Origin: an uncultured Gammaproteobacteria bacterium
GTDB lineage: Bacteria; Pseudomonadota; Gammaproteobacteria; HK1
Assembly (NCBI GenBank): GCA_958295465.1
Contig: OY282353.1
Span: 5,515,664-5,579,663, forward strand
Direction: 5' to 3'
Length of the DNA stretch: 64,000 nucleotides
Shown here: piece after piece, positions 25,223 to 35,607 of the stretch
How positions within the stretch are numbered: position 1 is the stretch's first letter
How the letters are laid out: the number at the start of each line of letters is the position of its first letter
Notes under the pieces: generated by a model
The model's database searches: none
Told to the model about the DNA's origin: nothing
The model's input: the letters and a program-made list of their open reading frames with translations, nothing else
Translations under genes and position numbers: made by a program

Positions 25223-26943
25223 CGTGGGCCTCCCCGCGCCGTGCGCAGCCAGGCCGCGGTGCCGTCGCGGGCCACTTCGCCGGGCAGCGCGATCTCCCAG
25301 TCGAGGTAGTCGTTCATCGCCTTCTCCATGCCTCCCTCGGCCTCGTGGATGGGGACGAGGACGTCGTCGGGATCGTCGAGGTAACGCGGTTCGGCGGCGG
25401 TCAGCGGATACCCCGCCGCGGCCCACGCCGCGTTGCCGCCTTCGAGCGCCCGCACCGGGGCATCGACATATGCCGCGGCTTCCGCGGCGGCGAGGCGGGC
25501 CAGCGCGCCGCCGCCGGAGGTGAACACCAGCATCCGCCCGGAGTGCCGGCCGCCGAGTGCCCGGGCGAGCCCATCACCCGCCTGTCCGCGGACACCCGGA
25601 TCAGACCGGTCGTCGAATGCCCGGCCAAGCCTCGCCCGCACCGCGTGGCAGGCCCCGGGAATGTGCCCGGCCCGGTAGGCGCGGCTCAGCGAGACGTCCA
25701 CGACGTCCGCTTCGCCACGGTCGAGCGCCGACGCGAGCGCATCGGGGGCGATGCCGGTGATTGTCGCGCCGCCCGCGATGCGGGTCGCCGCCGCGAGCGC
25801 GCCGGAGGCGACCCTCTCCATGCGTGCCTCGTCCATCCCGAGCACCGGCGGCACGAGCATCCCCGTGTCGAGCGCATGACCCTCGATACCCCCTTCGAGC
25901 ACCACCGCGTCGCGCCAGCCCATCTGTACCAGCCAGGAGGCGGTCATCGTTGCCCGCACTCCGTCGTCATCCACCAGAACGATGCGCGAGCGCAGGGTCC
26001 CGGCGTGCCGGTCCGTGGCCTGCACGAGCTGCCCGCCTGCGACCCAGCGCGCGTCGGGCAGATGCCCGGCCTCGTACTCTTCGCGGGTGCGGACGTCGAA
26101 CACGAAGAGCGAGCGCACTTCGGACTCTGCGCGCCAGCGGTCCAGCGTGGCGCGATCGATGCCGCGCACCCCGAAGCGTTCCGCGACCCGTGCCGCCGCG
26201 GCCTTCGCCTTCGCGGCCCCGGCCGCCGACGGCCTCGCGGCGTGCTCCGTCGCGCCCTTGGCGAGATCGAACCCCGCGAGATGCCACGCCATGGTGCCGT
26301 TGCGCAACGCCACCACCCGGTTGGGCACGCCGGCGTTGATGATCGACTGCGCGCCGATGATGCTCCGGGTGCGGCCCGCGCAATTCACGACCACCGTCGT
26401 CTCCGGCGACGGCGCGGCATCGTGCACGCGGTACGCAAGCTCGGCGCCGGGACAGCAGCGCCCGCCGGGGATGCTGAAGTTGGTGAACTCGGGGGAGGGG
26501 CGGCTGTCGAGGATGACCGGATCCTCGCCAGCATCAAGCATCGCCCGAAGCTCTTCGGCGGAAACCGACGGGGTGCCGAAGGCGTGCTCGACCACCTCGC
26601 CGAATGCCTTGCTCGGGACGTTGACGCCGCTGAAGAGGACGTAGCCGGCCGCGGCCCAGGCGGCGATGCCGCCTTCCAGCACCGAGACATCGGTATAGCC
26701 GAGTCGATCGAGCCTCGCCGCGGCCCGCGCCGCCTCGCCCGCCCCCGCGTCGCACGTAACGACCCGTGCACCGCGGCGCGGAACGAGGAGCGGGGCCAGC
26801 CGTTCGAGCCTCGAAAGGGCGCAGCAGCTCGCGTAGAAGAGATGCGACTCGGCGAAGCGCCGCTCCTCGCGCGTATCGAGCAGCGCAAGCTCCCGATCGT
26901 CGAGGATCATCCGCTTCAGCTCGCTTGCGGTCACCGTCTTCAT
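25219..26943 (-). CDS. Four-domain rhodanese (sulfurtransferase) protein
   Basis: 574 aa from MKTVTASELKRM, with four rhodanese-like repeats. Only domain 2 shows a catalytic loop (VVVNCAGRTRS). The other three carry D, or no Cys, at that position. Confidence 0.8.
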   Translation of the reverse strand: MKTVTASELKRMILDDRELALLDTREERRFAESHLFYASCCALSRLERLAPLLVPRRGARVVTCDAGAGEAARAAARLDRLGYTDVSVLEGGIAAWAAAGYVLFSGVNVPSKAFGEVVEHAFGTPSVSAEELRAMLDAGEDPVILDSRPSPEFTNFSIPGGRCCPGAELAYRVHDAAPSPETTVVVNCAGRTRSIIGAQSIINAGVPNRVVALRNGTMAWHLAGFDLAKGATEHAARPSAAGAAKAKAAAARVAERFGVRGIDRATLDRWRAESEVRSLFVFDVRTREEYEAGHLPDARWVAGGQLVQATDRHAGTLRSRIVLVDDDGVRATMTASWLVQMGWRDAVVLEGGIEGHALDTGMLVPPVLGMDEARMERVASGALAAATRIAGGATITGIAPDALASALDRGEADVVDVSLSRAYRAGHIPGACHAVRARLGRAFDDRSDPGVRGQAGDGLARALGGRHSGRMLVFTSGGGALARLAAAEAAAYVDAPVRALEGGNAAWAAAGYPLTAAEPRYLDDPDDVLVPIHEAEGGMEKAMNDYLDWEIALPGEVARDGTAAWLRTARGGPR

Positions 26944-27094
26944 CGGTCTTCCCTCGATCCCGGCCCGTGGCCTGCGTGGTAAGGGGTGATCGGGCCGTCC
27001 GGGGGCCACGCAGGACTGTCCCGGGACTCTTCGCCTTGCGATGGCAGGGCGTCGCCCATCCGAGGCTCGCGGACTTCCGGGTGGTTCTGCCCGC

Positions 27095-29350
27095 TCATCG
27101 GACGCTGGTCGTTTGCAGGTACGACCGGTATCGCTCGCGGATCTCGCGCACGTACTTGACGACTTCATGCCCACGCACGTAGCCGAAGGTGGCCTGCCGG
27201 TAGTAGGCACGCTTCGACAGCAGCAGCATCGCCTCCTCGACGTTGTCGAACCAGCGGTCGGGGTCGAGGCCCAGCTCGCTCGCGAGCCGGCGCGCATCGC
27301 GCACGTGCCCGAACCCGGCGTTGTACGCGGCCAGTGCGAACCAGATCCGATCCTTGACGGCGAGTTCCGGATCGAACCGGGAGTGCAGCCACGCGAGGTA
27401 GGCAACGCCGGCTCGAATCGACTGCTCCGGATCGCGCAGATCCTCGACGCCGAACTCCCTGGCGGTGCGCGGCAACATCTGCATCAATCCGATCGCGCCG
27501 GCGAGAGACCTGGCCTTTCGATTGAACCCGCTCTCCTGATACATCTGAGCGACGATGAGCGGCCAGTCGAAGCCATGCGTCGCCGCTTCACGCTGGACGA
27601 TGGCATCGTAGGGTGAAAGTCCGTCGGCGTGCTCGTGATCGACGCGGCCCTCACGATGGCGTCGCATTCGAACCGGATTCTCGAAGTACTTCTGATAGAC
27701 GACGTTGAAGAAGAGTCCGCGGTACTCCCTGGCCAGAAACGCGTCCAGGGCGGCGAGCAGCTCCATGCTCTCGGCGCGCACCGCCCATCCGAGCGCGACA
27801 GGCCCGCGCAACGTGAATGCCTTGCGGACATCGGCCCGATAGCCGAGCTCGATGTCGAGCACGTGACTCGCGGCCATGGTGAGGTCCAGACGCCCCTGCG
27901 CCACCTCGGCGATCAACGTCTCGGTCTCCGCATCCTCCGGCGCGGCACGGATATCGAGCTTCAGGCCGGCGTCACGGAGCCGCTCGAGGGTATGCCAGTG
28001 GGCACTGCTCCGGCGCACCGTCACCGCACGCCCGCCGAGATCCTCGATTCCGAGAATCGAGTCGTCGTGCCGGGCCACCAGGTAGTCATGGACGTAGTTG
28101 AACGGGCGCGTCATCGCCACCCCCGGCAGGCGCAGCGCCATGTCGGTCGGCAACGATGCCGCGGCCACGTCGCCGATGCCTCCTTCGAGCATCTCGAACA
28201 GCGATGCGTGGCGCGGCGCGATCACCACTTCCAGGTGCAGGCCGAGCTGCTTCGCGAACTCGCGCAGCAACTCGTACTCGAAGCCCATCTGTTCGCCACG
28301 CCACAAGAAGAAGGTCGCCGCGTTGTTTCGGGTGATGACGCGCAGCACGCCGCGGCGCAGGATCTCGGGCAGATCGCCGGAACGCTCGGTGTGCGCCAGA
28401 CGCGCGAGCTGCTCCAGCGAGAGAAATCGGTTGAGCGCTTCGAGCAGGCTCGGCGCCCGCGCGTTGACCGCCCACGCCACCGCGTCGCTGCTGAACGGCT
28501 GGGAGACGGTTCGCAGGTCGGGCCACTCGTCCTCGAGCGTCTCGCCGTCGCCGACATTGACCGCCGCCATGTCGAGCCGGCCTTCGGTGACGTCCGCCAG
28601 CAGTTTCTCCGCCGGCGTGTTCTCGGGCACGAGGCGGACCCCGATGTCCGGATGGTCGCGACGCGCGCGCTGCACGAGGCGCCAGAACGAGGACCGCTCC
28701 CGGAGCGCTATCTCGCGCCCTGCCTGATCGCCGAAGGATTCGAACCGGTCGCCCTTGCGCACCACGATGTGCTCGCGGGTCCGATGGACGGGAACGGTAA
28801 AGGCGACCATCCTCTTGCGCGGCTCGGTGACGGTGACGTCGGCGGCGACGAGGTCGCCCTTGCCGGCGACCAGGGAGCGAATGAGTGCGTCCCAGCGCTC
28901 CACCCGCACCCAGTCGACGTCGAGATAGTGCTGCTCGGCGAAGCGGCGGATCAGGTCGCGATGGAGCTGCGACGAGCCGGCGAGGACGCCGCCGGCGTGG
29001 TGGACCTCCGCGTCATGGCTTGGAACGATGACGGTGAGGGTTCGTCCCGGTGCAATCAGCTCGAGGGGCGAGTCCGAGGACTTCCCCACCGTTTCCATCT
29101 GTGCGTGCAAACCGGGCGGGCCGCCGGCCGCCAGCAGCCCGGCGCCAAGGAGAAACGCGAGCGGGGTGGCATGGAGTGGGTGCGACGTCGTGGAGACGTT
29201 CGTCCCGCACCCCTCATGGTTCTCCCCTGAATCCACTTCTCCCGCGGCCCCGCGATGCCGGAATCGGGCGCCGGTCCGTGAATTTCTTCGACGTGCCGCA
29301 AGGGATTTCAACCGGAAGGAGCCGGGGGCGTCGTGTCGAGTCGCAGGCAT
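27095..29350 (-). CDS. MltF-like lytic transglycosylase with two solute-binding (SBP_bac_3-like) domains and C-terminal SLT domain
   Basis: SLT motifs are present: AQMYQESGFN (catalytic E-S), GLMQMLP, AYNAG. Start codon uncertain (candidates 29350 or 29419). Confidence 0.7.
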   Translation of the reverse strand: MPATRHDAPGSFRLKSLAARRRNSRTGARFRHRGAAGEVDSGENHEGCGTNVSTTSHPLHATPLAFLLGAGLLAAGGPPGLHAQMETVGKSSDSPLELIAPGRTLTVIVPSHDAEVHHAGGVLAGSSQLHRDLIRRFAEQHYLDVDWVRVERWDALIRSLVAGKGDLVAADVTVTEPRKRMVAFTVPVHRTREHIVVRKGDRFESFGDQAGREIALRERSSFWRLVQRARRDHPDIGVRLVPENTPAEKLLADVTEGRLDMAAVNVGDGETLEDEWPDLRTVSQPFSSDAVAWAVNARAPSLLEALNRFLSLEQLARLAHTERSGDLPEILRRGVLRVITRNNAATFFLWRGEQMGFEYELLREFAKQLGLHLEVVIAPRHASLFEMLEGGIGDVAAASLPTDMALRLPGVAMTRPFNYVHDYLVARHDDSILGIEDLGGRAVTVRRSSAHWHTLERLRDAGLKLDIRAAPEDAETETLIAEVAQGRLDLTMAASHVLDIELGYRADVRKAFTLRGPVALGWAVRAESMELLAALDAFLAREYRGLFFNVVYQKYFENPVRMRRHREGRVDHEHADGLSPYDAIVQREAATHGFDWPLIVAQMYQESGFNRKARSLAGAIGLMQMLPRTAREFGVEDLRDPEQSIRAGVAYLAWLHSRFDPELAVKDRIWFALAAYNAGFGHVRDARRLASELGLDPDRWFDNVEEAMLLLSKRAYYRQATFGYVRGHEVVKYVREIRERYRSYLQTTSVR

Positions 29351-29434
29351 TCGCGCCCGATCATCGCGCAATACCCGCGGCGAAGGCCGCGGGCAGGCTC
29401 GAACACCATAGCGACCCATGCCGCCGGTGCGAAC

Positions 29435-30970
29435 TCAGGCTTCGGTGCTGCGCCTGAAATTGAACGCCGCGCCTTCGCGAATGCCCGACGGCCAGCGCGA
29501 AGTCACGGTCTTCATCCTGGTGAAGAAGCGCACGCCCTCCGGGCCGTGCATATGGTGGTCGCCGAACAGCGATCGCTTCCATCCACCGAAGCTGTGGTAG
29601 GCGGTGGGCACCGGAATCGGTACGTTGACGCCGACCATGCCGATCCGTACCCGATGGGTGAAGTCGCGCGCGGCGTCCCCGTCGCGGGTGAAGATCGCGG
29701 CCCCGTTGCCGAGCTCGTGGTCGTTGACGAGCTCGACCGCCTCCTCGTAGTCGTTCGCGCGCACCACGCTCAGGACCGGCCCGAAGATCTCCTCCTTGTA
29801 GATCCGCATGTCCGGCTTCACGTGGTCGAAGATGCAGCCGCCGATGAAGAAGCCGTCCTCGTGGCCTTCGACGGTGGCATCGCGGCCGTCGACCACGAGG
29901 GTCGCGCCCTCCTCGACCCCGGTGTCCACGTAGCCCCTGACCTTGTCCCGGTGCTCCCGGGTGACGAGCGGCCCCATCTCGACCCCGCTCGCGTCATAGG
30001 GGCCGATCTTCAACGACTCGACCCTGGGCTTGAGCCGACCGACCAGATCGTCGGCGACTTCGTCGCCGACTGCGACCGCGACCGCCACCGCCATGCACCG
30101 CTCACCGGCCGAGCCGTAGGCGGAGCCGACGAGGGCGTCGGTCACCTGGTCCATGTCGGCGTCGGGCATCACCACGAGATGGTTCTTCGCTCCGCCGAGC
30201 GCCTGCACCCGCTTGCCGGCGGCGGTTGCGGTACGGTGCACGTACTCCGCGATCGGCGTCGATCCGACGAAGCTCACCCCCGCGACGTCCTCGTGGGTGA
30301 GCAACGCATCGACCGCCTCCTTGTCGCCGTTGACGACGTTCAGCACGCCGGGCGGCACCCCGGCCTCGACCGCCAGCTCGGCGAGGCGCAGGCCACAGGA
30401 CGGATCCTTCTCCGACGGCTTCAGCACGAAGGTGTTGCCGCACGCGAGCGCTATCGGATACATCCACATCGGGACCATCGCGGGGAAATTGAACGGGGTG
30501 ATCCCGGCGCATACTCCCAGGGGCTGGCGTACGTTGAAGCTGTCCACGCGGCTCGCGACGTTCTCGTTGAGCTCGCCCTTGAGGAGCTGGGGGATCCCGC
30601 ATGCGAACTCCACGATCTCGATGCCGCGGGTCACCGAGCCGCGGGCGTCGTCGAGGGTCTTGCCGTGCTCGGACGAGCAGATGCGGGCAAGCTCGTCGCG
30701 ATGCGCTTCGACGAGGTCGCGGTAGCGGAACAGGATGCGGGCGCGCTGCGAGGGCGGGGTCGCGGCCCATCCCGGAAACGCCGCCTTCGCCGCCCGGACC
30801 GCCTTGTCGACCTCGCCCGCGGTGGCGAACGGCACCCGCGCCCGGACCTTTCCGGTGGCCGGGTTGTAGACGTCACCGAAGCGATTGCTCTCTCCGGCGA
30901 CGCGCTCGCCGCCGATGAAATGCCGGAGGGTGGAAACGTTGGTGTCGTCGGTGGTCATGATCTTCTCCAC
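29435..30970 (-). CDS. mmsA: CoA-acylating methylmalonate-semialdehyde dehydrogenase
   Basis: ALDH family with MmsA-typical regions ([51 protein letters not shown]). Start at 30970 or 30958. Confidence 0.9.
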   Translation of the reverse strand: MEKIMTTDDTNVSTLRHFIGGERVAGESNRFGDVYNPATGKVRARVPFATAGEVDKAVRAAKAAFPGWAATPPSQRARILFRYRDLVEAHRDELARICSSEHGKTLDDARGSVTRGIEIVEFACGIPQLLKGELNENVASRVDSFNVRQPLGVCAGITPFNFPAMVPMWMYPIALACGNTFVLKPSEKDPSCGLRLAELAVEAGVPPGVLNVVNGDKEAVDALLTHEDVAGVSFVGSTPIAEYVHRTATAAGKRVQALGGAKNHLVVMPDADMDQVTDALVGSAYGSAGERCMAVAVAVAVGDEVADDLVGRLKPRVESLKIGPYDASGVEMGPLVTREHRDKVRGYVDTGVEEGATLVVDGRDATVEGHEDGFFIGGCIFDHVKPDMRIYKEEIFGPVLSVVRANDYEEAVELVNDHELGNGAAIFTRDGDAARDFTHRVRIGMVGVNVPIPVPTAYHSFGGWKRSLFGDHHMHGPEGVRFFTRMKTVTSRWPSGIREGAAFNFRRSTEA

Positions 30971-31061
30971 GGGTGTCGTTCGGCGGAATTTCCGGCGATT
31001 CCCAGGTGGGGAAAGGATACCATCGCGTGGCGGTCCGAGACGGGGAGGGCCGTCGGTCCGA

Positions 31062-32423
31062 TCAATTGCCGTACGCGACCTGGGGCAGCCAGGTAACCAG
31101 TTTCGGCAGGAAAAAGATCGCCGCGACGCCGATCATCTGCAGAAAGACGAACGGAACGACTCCCTTGTAGACCGTCGTGATGTCGACGCCTTCAGGCGCG
31201 ACGCCCTTCATGTAGAACAAGGCGAAGCCCACCGGCGGGGTGATGAAGGAAGTCTGGAGGCAGACGGCGAACATTACCGTGAACCAGACCAGATCCACGC
31301 CCAGATCGCTTACCACCGGCGCGATCAGCGGCAGGATGATCAGTGTGATCTCGATCCAGTCGAGGAAGAAGCCCAGGAAGAACGCGGCCACGAGGACGAC
31401 GACGACCACGCCATCCTTACCGAACGGCAACCCGATCAGCACGCCCTCGATCAGTTCGTCGCCGCCGAATCCGCGCAAGACCAGTGAAAAGGCCGTTGCT
31501 CCGACAAACAGCGCAAAGATGTAAGCGGTCGTCTTCGTCGCCTGCTGCACGACCCCATGCAGGCCCCTCAGCGACAAGCGTCCCCGGGCGAGTGCGAGCA
31601 ACGTCGCACCGAGCGCCCCGACGCCGGAAGCCTCGGTCGGCGTCGCGATACCGAAGAAGATGCTTCCGAGGACGGCGATGATCAGCGTAGCGGGCGGAAT
31701 CGCCGATCGCAGGACGTTCTTGACGATGTTCCAGGAGACCGGCTCCGCATCCTCGGGAGCGGGCGCGGCTCCGGGGCTGACCCATGACAACCCGAGGATG
31801 TACAGCGTGTAGAGTGCTCCCAACAGCAATCCGGGAAAAACGGCGCCCATGAAGAGATCGCCTACCGAAATGCGGATCTGATCGCCCATCATCACGAGCA
31901 TGATGCTGGGGGGAATCAGGATGCCGAGCGAGCCCGTAGCACAGACCACGCCGCAGGCAAGCCGCGGATCGTACCGGTGTTTGAGCATCAAGGGCACGCC
32001 CAGTATCGCAAGCAGTACGACGGCAGCGCCGATGATTCCCGTCGAGGCTGCCAACAGTATTCCGATGAAGACGACGGTGATCGCGAGTCCACCCCGCACG
32101 CGACCGAAGAGCTTGGTCAGATCGCTCATCAGATCCTCGGCGATGCCGGAACGGTCGAGCATGATGCCCATGAAAACGAACATCGGCAGGGCTACGAGAA
32201 CCCAGTTGCTCATGACCGCGTAGATGCGGGTCACGAGGATCGAGGTGTACCCCCAATCGACCCCGAAGAACGTGTCGAGATAGGCATCCGAGAAGACGGC
32301 GACCGCGGTAAAGATCATCGCCAGGCCACCCATCAGCCATGCGACCGGATATCCTGTGAAAATCAGGACGATGAAAGACAGGAACATCGCCATCGCCATG
32401 TAATGGCCGGCCTCGAACTCCAT
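31062..32423 (-). CDS. dctM: TRAP transporter large permease (DctM)
   Basis: 453 aa from MEFEAGHY. Carries [27 protein letters not shown] and [13 protein letters not shown] motifs. Confidence 0.9.
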   Translation of the reverse strand: MEFEAGHYMAMAMFLSFIVLIFTGYPVAWLMGGLAMIFTAVAVFSDAYLDTFFGVDWGYTSILVTRIYAVMSNWVLVALPMFVFMGIMLDRSGIAEDLMSDLTKLFGRVRGGLAITVVFIGILLAASTGIIGAAVVLLAILGVPLMLKHRYDPRLACGVVCATGSLGILIPPSIMLVMMGDQIRISVGDLFMGAVFPGLLLGALYTLYILGLSWVSPGAAPAPEDAEPVSWNIVKNVLRSAIPPATLIIAVLGSIFFGIATPTEASGVGALGATLLALARGRLSLRGLHGVVQQATKTTAYIFALFVGATAFSLVLRGFGGDELIEGVLIGLPFGKDGVVVVVLVAAFFLGFFLDWIEITLIILPLIAPVVSDLGVDLVWFTVMFAVCLQTSFITPPVGFALFYMKGVAPEGVDITTVYKGVVPFVFLQMIGVAAIFFLPKLVTWLPQVAYGN

Positions 32424-32433
32424 TGGGACCCCC

Positions 32434-33066
32434 CTATCGTTCGGTGATTCCGGATGCAACCGCGGGTGCGCCGAAGAGAATCGACGTCAGCACCTTGAGC
32501 AGCCTGGAAATCCCCGCGAGCAGAAGAAGCACGAAGCTGAACAGGAGGAAGCCCTTCACCAACCATCGGGCGGGCAGCCCGTTCGCCGAGGTCGAACGCT
32601 CGTTCGTCTCCCATGACAATTCGACGAACGGGACGGCGTAGATTATGACGAACAGGACGAAAGGCAGGAAAAGCAACAACAGCCCCGCCATCTCGAACCA
32701 GAGTTTGCCTTTGTAAGACAATTTCTCGTGCAGCACGTCCACTCTGACATGGGCATCGAACGCGAAGGTATAGGACAGGCCGACCAGCCAGCCGACGGCG
32801 TAGAGATACCACTGGAGCTCTTCCAATTCGATCATGCCGCGGCTGAAGACGTAACGCAGGACGACGTTGATGATGATCACCGCCAACAGAACGATCCAGA
32901 TCCAGTGGAATACTTCGCCGGCTGCATACACGATCCGATCGAGCCATCGAGCCACGGAAGTGTCGCGCAACGCAAGGCCGTGACGGGAGGTGGCTTCGCT
33001 TGCGACACCACTCCCGGTCAGGGAGTCACCGTGACCGGTGCTCACCGCGCCGTCTCCGCCGTGCAT
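32434..33066 (-). CDS. dctQ: TRAP transporter small permease (DctQ)
   Basis: 4-TM protein with DAHVRVDVLHEKLSYKGKLW. Start codon uncertain. Confidence 0.75.
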   Translation of the reverse strand: MHGGDGAVSTGHGDSLTGSGVASEATSRHGLALRDTSVARWLDRIVYAAGEVFHWIWIVLLAVIIINVVLRYVFSRGMIELEELQWYLYAVGWLVGLSYTFAFDAHVRVDVLHEKLSYKGKLWFEMAGLLLLFLPFVLFVIIYAVPFVELSWETNERSTSANGLPARWLVKGFLLFSFVLLLLAGISRLLKVLTSILFGAPAVASGITER

Positions 33067-33233
33067 GTCGATTCGCCCCGACCGTCCTCGCCGCACGCGG
33101 TCGAGGTCCGGATATGGCACAAGGGAAATGTACAATCCTTGAACAACAACGCTCCGCAGCAGGAGCCGCCTGCTGCGGAGCGTGGGGTGTGGAACCTGTT
33201 CGACTCCACATTCGGATATACCTCAGGTCGTCA

Positions 33234-34340
33234 CTAGTCGAAGTCTCGAGGCAGGTATCCCCATTCTTTCCACACTTGATATTGGGCGTGGAAGGCCTGT
33301 TGCGACTCCCATACGCGCTTGAAGTCGGCATCCTTGGCCGCTTCTTCCTCCATGACCCTGTCGGCGACTCGTTTCAGCTCCTGAATGACGGAGTCGGGCA
33401 GCTTGGCGGGAGTGACCCCCTTTTGTTCGAAGCTCATGATCTGCGCCCCTTGCAACGCCTCTCCGGTGGTGATGGCGCGCATGGCCGCCGCGGTGCAGAC
33501 CATCTCGAAGAGCGTCTGGTCGGCGGAGGAGAGTTTGTTCCACTCGTCCAGATTGATCAAGAGATGGGTCGATGTGGACACCTGATGCCAACCGGGGAAG
33601 AGGTTGAACTTGGCGATCTTGTGGAAACCGAGCACCTCGTCGATGGCCGGCATCGAATATTCGGTGGCGTCCAGCGTCCCCTTCTCCAATGCCGCGAAGA
33701 TCTCTCCACCCGCCATCAGTGTCGCGGAAGCGCCTATCTCGTTCAGCACCATGCCGCCGAGTCCCGAGAAACGGATCTTCAACCCCTTCAGGTCGTCGAG
33801 AGACTCGATCGGTTTCCGGTACCAGCCTGCGGTTTCCGGCCCGATGGTGCTGCACAGAAGCGGATGGATGTTGTGCCGGTGGTAGATGTCCGCGGCGAGA
33901 GAGGCGCCTTCGTCTTCGAACCACCAGGCGGCGTATTCCCAAGGCTCCATGCCGAAGGGCACGGCAGAGAACAGGACCGCCGCGGGGATTCGCCCCTGGT
34001 CGTAGGCCAGATAGTTGTAGGCCGCGGGGAGATCGCCTCGACTGATGGAAGGCGAGATCTCCAGTGGTGGAACGATCTTGCCCGGCTCATAGACCTTCAG
34101 TTGAATCCGGCCATCCGTTGCATTCCTGAGCATCTTCGAGACATAGGCGATGGGATCGCCCAAAGCGGGCCAGCCGGTGTTGAACGTCGATTGGACCTTC
34201 CAGCGGATCTTCTCCTGGGCACCGGCTTCGTCCATCGGCATCCAGGTGAAAAGCGCCGCCCCCGCCACGAGCAGGGCCAGTCCCCGGAGCTTCATCGAGC
34301 CGCCCTCTCGACGCGCATTTCTCGTCGTCCGTGTTTCCAT
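33234..34340 (-). CDS. dctP: TRAP transporter substrate-binding protein (DctP family)
   Basis: GGAGGA RBS before the ATG at 34340, a signal peptide (MKLRGLALLVAGAALF) and a DctP-like body. It is a paralogue of 10886-12019 (shared FSAVPFGM, LKIRFSGLGG). Confidence 0.85.
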   Translation of the reverse strand: METRTTRNARREGGSMKLRGLALLVAGAALFTWMPMDEAGAQEKIRWKVQSTFNTGWPALGDPIAYVSKMLRNATDGRIQLKVYEPGKIVPPLEISPSISRGDLPAAYNYLAYDQGRIPAAVLFSAVPFGMEPWEYAAWWFEDEGASLAADIYHRHNIHPLLCSTIGPETAGWYRKPIESLDDLKGLKIRFSGLGGMVLNEIGASATLMAGGEIFAALEKGTLDATEYSMPAIDEVLGFHKIAKFNLFPGWHQVSTSTHLLINLDEWNKLSSADQTLFEMVCTAAAMRAITTGEALQGAQIMSFEQKGVTPAKLPDSVIQELKRVADRVMEEEAAKDADFKRVWESQQAFHAQYQVWKEWGYLPRDFD

Positions 34341-34425
34341 CGGTGTTTCCTCCAGGTGGTTGCGCCCAATGAGGCCGGGCGTGATGCGATCCGGGGAGAC
34401 GGAGGTTGGCGAGACCGCGTTCATC

Positions 34426-35607
34426 TCACCCGTCACCCGCGGACCAGGCTTGCAGAAACAAGGCGATGATCTCCTCCTTGTTCGCAATCCGTGGATTGTT
34501 GTTCGGTGCACCCGAACGCAGGGCGTCTTCCGCCATCTGGTCCAGCGCATCGGAGAAGGCGTCCCGATCGATGCCGAAGGCGCGCATCGACGGCACCTCC
34601 AGCCGGGAGTTGCAGGCATGGAGACCGTCGATCAGCTTCCTGACCGCCAGGGCATCGTCGTCGCCGGTGTCGCACAAGCCGATAGCGCGTCCGCAATCCG
34701 CGTACCGATCCGTCGCCGCAGTGGACGAAAATTCCGTCACCGTGGGCAGAAGCATGGCGTTGCTCATTCCGTGGGGCACATGGAACAAGCTGCCAAGCGG
34801 CCTGCTCATGGCGTGAACCAGGCAGATCGATGCGTTGGAGAAGGCAAGTCCTCCCAGGGTGGCGGCCAGCATCAGGTGTTCGCGCGCCTCTGCGTCTTCG
34901 GTGTCGTCGTAGGCCCGCTGGACATGAGCGCCGACGAGCCGCATGCAGTCGAGCGCCATGCGGTCGGAAAACACCGTGCGTTTCCGGCTCACATAGCTTT
35001 CGATGGCATGGGTCAGTGTGTCCAGCGCGTTATCCGCGATCAGCCGCCTTGGCTTGGACAGAGTCAGCTCGTAATCGACGATCGCCGCCACCGGCACGAA
35101 AGCCTCGCCCCGACATGAGATTTTCTCCCGGGTCTCCATGTGCACGATGACCGCATGGTGGGTCACCTCGGAGCCCGTTCCCGCGGTGGTCGGGATGGCA
35201 ATCATGGGCAGGCCGGGGGTGTCGAATTCACGCGGAGGCCGGTAAAAAAGCAGGTCCCGCGGATGCCGTGCCATGACCGCTATGGCTTTCGCCGCATCCA
35301 GTGGGCTGCCGCCGCCCAAGCCGATGACGCAGTCATGGCCACCAGCTTCCAGCGTAGCGAGCCCGGCCCGGACAACTTCGTCGGTGGGGTCGGGGATTAC
35401 GCCGTCGAACACCCCGCATCGGACGTTGTGCCTGGCCAGACGTTCGCGCACCCGCGCGACAATCCCCTGATCCACCATGACCTTGTCGGTGACGATGAGA
35501 GGATGGTTTGCGCTTCCGATCCGCGCAAGGACGTCCGGAACCTTGTCCAGGCTGCCCCTGCCGATCTGCAGGAAGCGCGGCATGCAGATTCGCACCGTGT
35601 CCCGCAT
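34426..35607 (-). CDS. Iron-containing (group III) alcohol / hydroxyacid dehydrogenase
   Basis: GGGSPLDAAKAIA, PTTAGTGSE and the His cluster LVHAMSRPLG..HVPHG are typical of the Fe-ADH family. Confidence 0.85.
   Translation of the reverse strand: MRDTVRICMPRFLQIGRGSLDKVPDVLARIGSANHPLIVTDKVMVDQGIVARVRERLARHNVRCGVFDGVIPDPTDEVVRAGLATLEAGGHDCVIGLGGGSPLDAAKAIAVMARHPRDLLFYRPPREFDTPGLPMIAIPTTAGTGSEVTHHAVIVHMETREKISCRGEAFVPVAAIVDYELTLSKPRRLIADNALDTLTHAIESYVSRKRTVFSDRMALDCMRLVGAHVQRAYDDTEDAEAREHLMLAATLGGLAFSNASICLVHAMSRPLGSLFHVPHGMSNAMLLPTVTEFSSTAATDRYADCGRAIGLCDTGDDDALAVRKLIDGLHACNSRLEVPSMRAFGIDRDAFSDALDQMAEDALRSGAPNNNPRIANKEEIIALFLQAWSAGDG

Larger units (their letters stand above)
24872..25280. repeat. 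Tandem repeat, 101-bp unit x 4.05 copies, spanning the rhodanese-stop / ACAD-start junction
   Basis: Unit starts at 24872, 24973, 25074 and 25175, with a partial copy at 25276. Copies differ at a few positions each. Every copy keeps the GTGA stop/start overlap. Confidence 0.95.

Noticed and set aside
24872-25280. Considered whether the 101-bp array, and the 42-bp array at 49444-49821, could be CRISPR arrays.
   Set aside because: The units are directly contiguous with no unique spacers. There are no cas genes. Both arrays lie in or overlap coding sequence.
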